64,000 bases of DNA from the NCBI GenBank assembly GCA_963710575.1, contig CAVQAL010000006.1, forward strand, positions 245,349 through 309,348. The letters run 5' to 3'. Below are positions 48,685 through 56,079 of the stretch, one piece after another (position 1 is the stretch's first letter; each line of letters starts with the position of its first letter). The notes beneath the pieces were generated by a model that searched no databases, was not told the origin of the DNA, and saw only the letters and a list, made by a program, of their open reading frames with translations. Made by a program: the position numbers and the translations under genes. This DNA is from an uncultured delta proteobacterium. Lineage in GTDB: Bacteria > Desulfobacterota > Syntrophia > Syntrophales > Smithellaceae.

Positions 48685-48780
48685 GTCATTCCGTGCAAGC
48701 GAAGCGCAACGATGAGCCTGCCCCGTGCTTGACACGGGGGAATCCAGTAAGTTCTGGATACCGGCCTGCGCCGGTATGAC
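48685..48780. repeat. Two adjacent REP-like units (family C): GTCATTCC...GGAATCCAG (48685-48747) and CTGGATACCGGC-ctgc-GCCGGTATGAC (48754-48780)
   Basis: The first unit has an internal hairpin CCCCGTG-cttga-CACGGGG. The second has a perfect 8-bp stem. The region yields the artefactual ORF 48640-48834 (..VIPAQAGIQ..). Confidence 0.8.
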
Positions 48781-48840
48781 GATCTTGCTGGCACTTTCTG
48801 CTATTGCGACACAGTATATTTGTGGGAATGACAAAAAATA

Positions 48841-49491
48841 TTGGTGAAGCGTTTGATTAAAAAAGTAATTAATATAGAAAAGCCCGGCAAAACCGCCGGG
48901 AAAATCTTAAAAGCGGCGCGTGCCGTATTTGCCGAAAATGGTTACAGCGGTGCTCATGTTGATGAAATCGCCGAGCGCGCCGGCGTGAACAAAGCGACTC
49001 TTTATTATCAGATTGGCGACAAGGATACTCTTTACGCCAACGTGATCCATCAGGTACTGGGCAACACCGCCCAGAATATTGCCAAGGCAGTTGCCAAAGT
49101 TGATCATCCGGAAGAAAAGCTCAAGACTTATATAAACTGCATTGCCGATAATGTGGAAAAAAATCCTGAATTGCCGCCGATTATGATGCGGGAAATAGCC
49201 GCAGACGGCGCGCATCTGCCCCGCGTTGTCATTGACGATATTGCTTCGGTCATGGTCATCCTCGCGGGTGTTCTGGAAGAAGGAAAAAAGAAAGGAATCT
49301 TCATTGAGGTGGCCCCGTTCCTCGTCCATATGATGATCGTGGGCACAATTATTTTCCATAAAAAGGTCACGCCAATCAAAGACAGGCAGGAATGGCTGCC
49401 TGCCGCAATTAAAGCCCATGATAAAAAATTAAAGGGAAGTCTGGGAGAGGAAGTGGCAAAGCTGGTGCTGAAGGCTATAAAGAAGTCATAA
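48841..49491 (+). CDS. TetR/AcrR-family transcriptional regulator
   Basis: N-terminal HTH ILKAARAVFAENGYSGAHVDEIAERAGVNKATLYYQIGDK. First gene of the efflux operon. The start is TTG 48841 or GTG 48844. Confidence 0.85.
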   Translation: MVKRLIKKVINIEKPGKTAGKILKAARAVFAENGYSGAHVDEIAERAGVNKATLYYQIGDKDTLYANVIHQVLGNTAQNIAKAVAKVDHPEEKLKTYINCIADNVEKNPELPPIMMREIAADGAHLPRVVIDDIASVMVILAGVLEEGKKKGIFIEVAPFLVHMMIVGTIIFHKKVTPIKDRQEWLPAAIKAHDKKLKGSLGEEVAKLVLKAIKKS

Positions 49492-49512
49492 ATGTAAAAT
49501 GGAGGTTGAGTC

Positions 49513-50523
49513 TTGAAAAAAAGAATAATAATTATCGTTTTTATAATTCTCTTTGTAACAGCCGGATCGCTGGTTTATTTCGGCCAGAAAAATAATCGTG
49601 AAAAAGGGCTTTTCTATTCCGGCACGATAGAAACAACTCAGGCGAATTTATCTTTCCAGGTTCCCGGGCGTGTCGTTAAAGTCAATGTTCAGGAAGGCCA
49701 GTCCGTTACGAAAGACCAGATTATCGCCGAGTTGGATCGCGTGGAATTTGCGTCACGTTACGAGCAAGCCAGAGCAAATCTGGATCGGGCGCAAAAAACA
49801 AAACAGCAACTTCAAACCGTGCTGGATATCAACAAGAAAACGCTGCCCTCTGAAGTGGCCCGAGCCACAGCGGCCGTGAATAGCGCCAGAGATACTTTGA
49901 TAGATGCCAAAAAGAATTACCAGCGTTTCGAAGATCTTTTCAATAAAGGTGTGGTTACGGAAAAAGAACGCGATTCAATTAAACTTGCCTATGACGTGGC
50001 TCAATCGAGACTTACCGAAAGTGAGTCCATGCTGAAACTGGCGCAGGGTAATTTAACCAGAATAGACGCCGCCAAGCAGGATATCGAAGTCGCCTCTGCG
50101 CAAATCAATTCGATCAACGCGTCATTCAATCAAGCATCCATTCAGTTGGATTACACGCAATTAAAATCGCCCATGAATGGCGTAATAACCAGCCGCAATG
50201 TTGAACCGGGCGAAACTGTAAATCCCGGAAGAGAAGTCATTACTATTTCCGATCTTGCCCGCGTTGATTTGAAAATATTTGTGGATGAAACGGAGATCGG
50301 CAAAGTCAGGCCGGGCCAGAAGGTAGATGTGAAGGTAGATACCTTCCCCGGTAAAACTTATACCGGATCGGTTTCCTTTGTCTCTCCGGAAGGTGAATTT
50401 ACTCCGAAAATCATTCAAACGAAAAAGGAAAGAGTAAAGCTGGTATATCTGGTAAAAGTATCCATCATGAATCCCGACTTTGAACTCAAATCGGGAATGC
50501 CGGCTGATGCCTGGCTGCGGTAG
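49513..50523 (+). CDS. HlyD-family periplasmic adaptor (membrane-fusion) protein
   Basis: N-terminal signal anchor, a long coiled-coil segment and a C-terminal beta-barrel (GMPADAWL). TTG start after GGAGG. Confidence 0.85.
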   Translation: MKKRIIIIVFIILFVTAGSLVYFGQKNNREKGLFYSGTIETTQANLSFQVPGRVVKVNVQEGQSVTKDQIIAELDRVEFASRYEQARANLDRAQKTKQQLQTVLDINKKTLPSEVARATAAVNSARDTLIDAKKNYQRFEDLFNKGVVTEKERDSIKLAYDVAQSRLTESESMLKLAQGNLTRIDAAKQDIEVASAQINSINASFNQASIQLDYTQLKSPMNGVITSRNVEPGETVNPGREVITISDLARVDLKIFVDETEIGKVRPGQKVDVKVDTFPGKTYTGSVSFVSPEGEFTPKIIQTKKERVKLVYLVKVSIMNPDFELKSGMPADAWLR

Positions 50524-50534
50524 GGGAGATCCTG

Positions 50535-51308
50535 ATGATCGTATCCCCGGAAAATTCCCCGCCCATGGTGGAAGTTAAAAACGTTACTCTGCGCTTTGAT
50601 CTTGTCGAGGCAGTCAAGGATGTTTCCTTCCATGTGCAAAGCGGCAATATTTTCGGCTTGGTCGGTTCCGACGGCGCCGGCAAATCAACGCTCCTGCGGC
50701 TGATTGCCACCATGATTAAACCGACTCGGGGCGAAATTTTCGTGGGCGGCCTCAATGTCGTCACCGAGCGGCAAAAAATCAAAAACCTCATCGGTTATAT
50801 GCCGCAGCGGTTCGGCCTTTATCAGGATCTGACTGTCGATGAGAATATGAATTTCTTCATGGATGTTTTTGGCATACCGCGTGCGGAAAGAAAAATTCGT
50901 CGAGAGAAATACCTGGGATTTTCCAACTTGCTGCCTTTCGTGAAAAGATTAGCCGGTAATCTTTCCGGCGGCATGAAACAAAAACTGGGGCTGGCCTGCG
51001 TGCTGGTACACGAACCGCAACTGCTGATTCTCGACGAGCCGACCAACGGCGTTGATCCGGTGTCACGGCATGAATTCTGGGAAATATTGGGCAGTATGAA
51101 AAAAGAAGGCATGACGATCATCGTTTCCACAGCCTATCTCGATGAGGGTGAACGCTGCGATAGTCTTGGATTGATGCACAGTGCTGTTCTCATGGATACG
51201 GCAACTCCCGCCGGTATTCGCGGCAGCTTTGAAACTCTGGAAGAAGCAATTATCGAACGCATTAAAGAAGTGGATGGAGATCTGGCGCATGATACCTTCC
51301 ACTTCTGA
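50535..51308 (+). CDS. ABC transporter ATP-binding protein (first of two)
   Basis: Walker A GSDGAGKST, signature LSGGMKQKL and Walker B LLILDEPT. Confidence 0.9.
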   Translation: MIVSPENSPPMVEVKNVTLRFDLVEAVKDVSFHVQSGNIFGLVGSDGAGKSTLLRLIATMIKPTRGEIFVGGLNVVTERQKIKNLIGYMPQRFGLYQDLTVDENMNFFMDVFGIPRAERKIRREKYLGFSNLLPFVKRLAGNLSGGMKQKLGLACVLVHEPQLLILDEPTNGVDPVSRHEFWEILGSMKKEGMTIIVSTAYLDEGERCDSLGLMHSAVLMDTATPAGIRGSFETLEEAIIERIKEVDGDLAHDTFHF

Positions 51309-52044
51309 TTCCATTTCCGTGAAGAATCTGGAAAAAAAATTCGGCGCTTTTGTCGCGGTGAATAAAATTACCTTTTCCGTAAAAAAGGGCGAGATATTCG
51401 GTTTTTTGGGCGCCAACGGCTCCGGCAAGTCCACTACAATTCGCATGCTTTGCGGCATAATCACCCCTACTTCCGGCGGAGGAGTTGTTGCCGGGCACGA
51501 CATTATGAAGGAGTCTGAAGAAATAAAGCACGCCATCGGCTATATGTCGCAGAAATTTTCTCTCTATGAAGAATTAACGCCCTTTGAAAATTTGCGCTTT
51601 TATCTGGGCGTATACAATGTGCCGGAGGCACAATGGCCGGAGCGTATTGATTGGATTTTAAATATGACGCGCCTGCAGGATGTCCGCAACCGTAAAACGA
51701 GGGAATTACCGACCGGCTGGCGCCAGAGACTCGCGCTGGGTTGTTCGCTTTTACATAAACCGGAGATTCTTTTTCTCGATGAACCCACTTCCGGGGTCGA
51801 TCCCGTCACCAGAGGCCATTTCTGGAGCTTCATAAAACAACTGTCCAAAGACGGGATGACGATATTTGTGACGACCCATTATATGGATGAGGCGCGTTTT
51901 TGCGAGAGGATCGTTATGATCAATGACGGTAATATTGTGGCGTCGGGCAGCCCCGCGGAAATTATCGCCGGCGCCTGCCCCGGCAAACCGGGCGCTGACT
52001 TGAATGATGCTTTCATAACTTTAATGATGAGGAGTAGCGCTTGA
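51289..52044 (+). CDS. ABC transporter ATP-binding protein (second of two)
   Basis: Walker A GANGSGKST, degenerate signature LPTGWRQRL and Walker B ILFLDEPT. Start set to ATG 51289, overlapping the upstream gene by 20 nt. Confidence 0.85.
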   Translation: MIPSTSDSISVKNLEKKFGAFVAVNKITFSVKKGEIFGFLGANGSGKSTTIRMLCGIITPTSGGGVVAGHDIMKESEEIKHAIGYMSQKFSLYEELTPFENLRFYLGVYNVPEAQWPERIDWILNMTRLQDVRNRKTRELPTGWRQRLALGCSLLHKPEILFLDEPTSGVDPVTRGHFWSFIKQLSKDGMTIFVTTHYMDEARFCERIVMINDGNIVASGSPAEIIAGACPGKPGADLNDAFITLMMRSSA

Positions 52045-53174
52045 ATCCCATACGGCTCCAAGCCATCATCCGCAAAGAGTTTTATCACTTGATCCGGGAT
52101 TACCGCAGCCTTTATCTGGCTTTTGCAATTCCGCTGATTCTTATTATTCTTTTCGGTTACGCACTCAGCCTTGATGTGGATAACGTGGGAACGGTCTTTG
52201 TTGATTACGATAAGTCCGAGCTCAGCCGTGATTTTATCCGCAAACTCGGCGCGTCTCCTTATTTCTATGTTTCAACACTCCTGCCCCAGACAAAAGATGC
52301 CATTGACTATCTCGATCATGACCGGGCAAAGATAGCGATTGTCATTCCGCCCAATTTCATGAAAAGCATCCGTGCCGACAGGGAAATTCAGATGCAAATT
52401 ATTATTGACGCCAGCGATCCGACTTTCGGAAATATCATCCGCGGCTACATTACCTCTTTTACTGAACAATACAATCAAAAGTTATTGATCAGCTTTCTTA
52501 ACCGGCAAGGAATGGAACAAATAAAACCTCCGGTGGACGGACGCATCCGTATCTGGTTCAATGAAGATCTGGAAAGCCGTAATTTTATCATTCCGGGAAT
52601 CATTGCCATCATCATTATGATCGTCGGCGCTATTCTGACCTCGCTCATCATCGCCCGGGAATATGAAAACGGCACAATGGAAACCATCAAATCCATGCCG
52701 GTTAAAGCCGGGGAATTACTGCTGGGCAAAGCTATTCCTTATTTTTTCATCGGACTGACCAACGTGTTGATAGCGATTCTCCTGGGCCAATTGCTATTCG
52801 GCATAGTGATGAAAGGGAATTTCTGGCTGATGATCGTATCCGCTTCTCTTTATTTAGGCGTCGCTTTATCCCTGGGAATGCTGATTTCCATCATGACAAA
52901 ATCACAATTGATAGCCAACCAAATGGCTATTTTAACAACTTACCTGCCGTCGCTTCTTCTTTCCAACTTTGTTTTTCCGGTAATCAACATGCCGAAGTTT
53001 TTACAAATGCTGACTTTAGCCGTTCCGGCAAATTATTTTATCGATATTTTATCGGGAATTTATCTGCGGAATGTGGGATTCGCCTATTTATGGCCGAGCA
53101 TGCTGGTGCTTGCTTTAATGTTTGCAGCACTGACAACCGCCAACTACATATTATTAAAGAAGGAAGGCCTATGA
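52041..53174 (+). CDS. ABC-2-type transporter permease (first)
   Basis: N-terminal cytoplasmic helix, then a large periplasmic loop and 5 C-terminal TM helices, as in the ABC-2/YbhS-YbhR pattern. The TTG start overlaps the upstream stop (TTGA) after GAGGAG. Confidence 0.85.
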   Translation: MNPIRLQAIIRKEFYHLIRDYRSLYLAFAIPLILIILFGYALSLDVDNVGTVFVDYDKSELSRDFIRKLGASPYFYVSTLLPQTKDAIDYLDHDRAKIAIVIPPNFMKSIRADREIQMQIIIDASDPTFGNIIRGYITSFTEQYNQKLLISFLNRQGMEQIKPPVDGRIRIWFNEDLESRNFIIPGIIAIIIMIVGAILTSLIIAREYENGTMETIKSMPVKAGELLLGKAIPYFFIGLTNVLIAILLGQLLFGIVMKGNFWLMIVSASLYLGVALSLGMLISIMTKSQLIANQMAILTTYLPSLLLSNFVFPVINMPKFLQMLTLAVPANYFIDILSGIYLRNVGFAYLWPSMLVLALMFAALTTANYILLKKEGL

Positions 53175-54292
53175 GCTGGCTTCGAATCAGAGAACTGGTG
53201 CGTAAGGAATTTATTCAGCTTTTCAGCGACAGGCGGAATCGCGCGATGATGTTTATTTTTCCTTTTATTCAGATGTTCATTTTCGGCTATGTCGTAAATT
53301 ATGATATCAGCAATATTCGCGTGGCTATGCTGGACTATTCCAAGACCTATGAGAGCCACAAACTTGCCGATAGCTTTACCGGAAGTAAAATTTTTCATAT
53401 AACGAATAATGTGGCCGATGAACCTCAGATGGCGGAGTTGCTGCTGCGGGGAAAAATTGATATGGGCATTAAGATCGGCCATGATTTTGCGTCTATTATC
53501 AGGAAAGGACAAACAGCTCCCATCCAGATTCTTGTTGACGGCTCCATGAGCAATATGGCTTCTATGAGAGTGGCATACACCGCGTCTGTTTTGGATAAGT
53601 TCAACCGCGAAACACTCCGCGAACTTTATCCCATGAACATGAGCTATGGAAAAATAGATGCGCGCATCAGGACATGGTATAATTCTAATCTCAACAGTCA
53701 ATACTTTTTTGTCCCCGGAATTGTCGCTGTTCTGGTAATGATTACTTCTTTTATTATGACTTCCATTGCTATCATCAGAGAAAAAGAAGACGGCACAATG
53801 GAACAATTAATTGTCACTCCATTAAAATCATATGAGTTCATCATCGGCAAAACCATTCCTTATATTATTCTTTCCCTGATACAGATGGTGGCCGTCATTA
53901 TTGTTGCCATTTTCTGGTTTGAGATACCCTTACACGGAAGTATTTTACTGTTGCTTTTAGCCACCTGCTTATTTTTGCTGAGCACTTTGGGTATAGGACT
54001 TTTTATATCGACAATATCCTCAACCAAGCAACAGGCCATGATGACCTCCTTCTTTTTCATTATGCCGTTTTTTATGCTCAGTGGTTTTGTTTTTCCTATT
54101 GCCAATATGCCCGAAGTTGTGCAATGGCTTACCTATCTTAATCCGCTGAGGTTTTTTCTGGTCATTCTCCGGGTGATTTTTCTCAAGGGAGTGGGTTTTG
54201 ATGTTCTCTGGCCCCAGTATCTGGCTCTGACTATTTTAGGAATTATTGTCTTTTCCGGCGCGATCAGCCGCTTTAAAAAACGGCTGGATTAG
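53171..54292 (+). CDS. ABC-2-type transporter permease (second)
   Basis: Paralogous to the preceding permease (REKEDGTMEQL vs REYENGTMETI). ATG 53171 overlaps the upstream stop (ATGA). Confidence 0.85.
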   Translation: MSWLRIRELVRKEFIQLFSDRRNRAMMFIFPFIQMFIFGYVVNYDISNIRVAMLDYSKTYESHKLADSFTGSKIFHITNNVADEPQMAELLLRGKIDMGIKIGHDFASIIRKGQTAPIQILVDGSMSNMASMRVAYTASVLDKFNRETLRELYPMNMSYGKIDARIRTWYNSNLNSQYFFVPGIVAVLVMITSFIMTSIAIIREKEDGTMEQLIVTPLKSYEFIIGKTIPYIILSLIQMVAVIIVAIFWFEIPLHGSILLLLLATCLFLLSTLGIGLFISTISSTKQQAMMTSFFFIMPFFMLSGFVFPIANMPEVVQWLTYLNPLRFFLVILRVIFLKGVGFDVLWPQYLALTILGIIVFSGAISRFKKRLD

Positions 54293-54318
54293 TGTCTTTT
54301 TTTCATATAATATGCCAT

Positions 54319-54342
54319 TTCTAAATCAAAGATAATATCGAG
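54319..54342 (+). repeat. Isolated fragment of repeat family A (exact 24-mer)
   Basis: ttctaaatcaaagataatatcgag is the exact reverse complement of 38537-38560. It ends 6 nt before ATG 54349. Confidence 0.85.
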
Positions 54343-54348
54343 ACGGCA

Positions 54349-55455
54349 ATGAAAAATATTCCATCCTCTCCCAAACCCTCCGCTCTAAAGGGCACCTGCG
54401 GCCATCCAGGGAAGGGGAATCAATTGAATATGATTGCGTGGGAAGTGACGCGCAGTTGTAATTTAAACTGCGTTCATTGCCGGGCTGCCGCCAGTTGCGG
54501 GCCTTATGCGGGTGAGCTTTCCACGGATAAATGCTTTCAACTTATTGATGAAATTGCCGCCGTATCCTCACCCGTAATTATTCTTACCGGCGGTGAGCCG
54601 CTTTTGCGGCCGGATATTTTCGACATTGCAGCCCACGGAACAAACAAAGGATTGCGTATGGTCATGGCGACAAACGGCACCTTAGTTAATTCAGTTGTCG
54701 CTAAGAAGATGATTCAAAGCGGCATTAAAAGAGTAAGCATCAGTATTGATGGCAAGGACGCGCCAAGCCACGACGCGTTTCGTCAGGAGAAGGGCGCATT
54801 TACCGGAGCGATGGCGGGAATCGCCGCTATGAAAGATGCGGGCATGGAATTTCAAATCAACACGACAATCACAACAGCCAATCTCAGCCAAATAAAAGAT
54901 ATTCTGGAATTAGCTAAGAACCTTGGCGCGGCAGCGCATCATATTTTTTTACTTGTGCCGACAGGACGCGGCAAGGATCTTGCCGACCAGGCCATTACCG
55001 CCGCCGAATATGAAGAGACGCTTCTGTGGTTTCATCAGGAAAGCCTGAGTTGTGAAATTCAACTCAAAGCCACCTGCGCGCCGCATTACTTCCGCATCAT
55101 GCATCAGAATAAAATCAAGGGCACGGAGCCGAAGAAAAAAGCGGGTGGACACTTTCATGAATCCACTCGTGGTTGCCTCGGTGGCATAGCGTTTTGTTTT
55201 ATTTCCCATGTTGGACAGGTTCAGCCCTGTGGTTATCTGGAATTGAATTGCGGTAATGTACAGAAACAGAGTTTTGCCGAGATATGGAAAAACTCCGACG
55301 TGTTTCGGAATTTACGGGATTTGAATAAATACGGCGGCAAGTGCGGCTGCTGCGAGTTTATCAAAGTTTGCGGCGGCTGCCGGGCGCGCGCGTATGAAGC
55401 GACGGGGGATTATTTGGCGGAGGAACCGTTGTGCTTGTATCAACCTAAACGATAA
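54349..55455 (+). CDS. Radical SAM/SPASM-domain enzyme of the NirJ/AhbC/AhbD family
   Basis: CNLNCVHC (CxxxCxxC) radical-SAM cluster, GGEPLL, and C-terminal SPASM Cys motifs (CGYLELNCG, CGCC...CGGCRARA). ATG 54430 (MIAWEVT) is a plausible alternative start. Confidence 0.8.
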   Translation: MKNIPSSPKPSALKGTCGHPGKGNQLNMIAWEVTRSCNLNCVHCRAAASCGPYAGELSTDKCFQLIDEIAAVSSPVIILTGGEPLLRPDIFDIAAHGTNKGLRMVMATNGTLVNSVVAKKMIQSGIKRVSISIDGKDAPSHDAFRQEKGAFTGAMAGIAAMKDAGMEFQINTTITTANLSQIKDILELAKNLGAAAHHIFLLVPTGRGKDLADQAITAAEYEETLLWFHQESLSCEIQLKATCAPHYFRIMHQNKIKGTEPKKKAGGHFHESTRGCLGGIAFCFISHVGQVQPCGYLELNCGNVQKQSFAEIWKNSDVFRNLRDLNKYGGKCGCCEFIKVCGGCRARAYEATGDYLAEEPLCLYQPKR

Positions 55456-55456
55456 T

Positions 55457-55580
55457 AGACTGTTGAAAAACGCCCAACTGCGACGTTGCGCTTCGCCTTT
55501 CGTCATTGCGACGTATGCAAAAAATACGTCTCATTCCTCATGGCTCGCGTGCCTTGCATTTGAGCATTTTTGAACAGTCT
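55457..55580. repeat. 124-bp inverted-repeat-bounded intergenic element
   Basis: The termini AGACTGTTGAAAAA (55457-55470) and TTTTTGAACAGTCT (55567-55580) are complementary at 13 of 14 positions. The interior has a tgcgacg direct repeat, GTCATTGCGAC and the hairpin GACGTAT-gcaaaaa-ATACGTC. Confidence 0.75.
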
Positions 55581-55605
55581 AAAAAAGGTAGAAGCTATAT
55601 AAATT

Positions 55606-56052
55606 ATGGATGAAATAGATAAAAAAATATTAAATATTCTGCAAAAGGAATTTCCGCTGGTGGAACATCCGTTTCGTGTTGTTGCCAAAAAGTGCGGCAT
55701 CAGCGAAGATGAAACAATCAGCCGCGTCCAAAAAATGAAAGACAAAGGCATTATTCGCCGTATCGGGGCAGTGTTTGACGGCAATAAACTGGGACGTGTC
55801 AGCACTCTTTGCGCCGCGCGCGTGCCGGAAGAAAAAATAGACAATTTTGTTCAAATCGTGAACGCCAATAAAAATGTAACGCATAATTACCGACGCCATA
55901 ATGAATACAACATCTGGTTTACCGTCAGCGCCGCTTCAGCCTCGGAGCTGGAAGCTTTTCTGACAGATGTAAAAGAGAAAACCGGCGTTACAGATATTCT
56001 GGATATGCGGGCAGTCAGAACGTTTAAAATAAACGCTTCATTTGATGTATAA
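55606..56052 (+). CDS. AsnC/Lrp-like siroheme-decarboxylase-family protein (AhbA/AhbB / NirD-L-G-H type, 148 aa)
   Basis: DEIDKKILNILQKEFPLVEHPF... N-terminal wHTH-like segment and a C-terminal NVTHNYRR...NIWFT motif. Both are characteristic of the NirDL/AhbAB family. Confidence 0.75.
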   Translation: MDEIDKKILNILQKEFPLVEHPFRVVAKKCGISEDETISRVQKMKDKGIIRRIGAVFDGNKLGRVSTLCAARVPEEKIDNFVQIVNANKNVTHNYRRHNEYNIWFTVSAASASELEAFLTDVKEKTGVTDILDMRAVRTFKINASFDV

Positions 56053-56079
56053 ATTTAAAATCCTATAAAGTGATGACTC

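Noticed and set aside
48640-48834. Track ORF of 64 aa (..VIPAQAGIQNLLDSPVSSTGQA..).
   Set aside because: It is a translation of the REP-like hairpin repeats (family C). It has no RBS, and its reading frame is made of palindromic repeat units.
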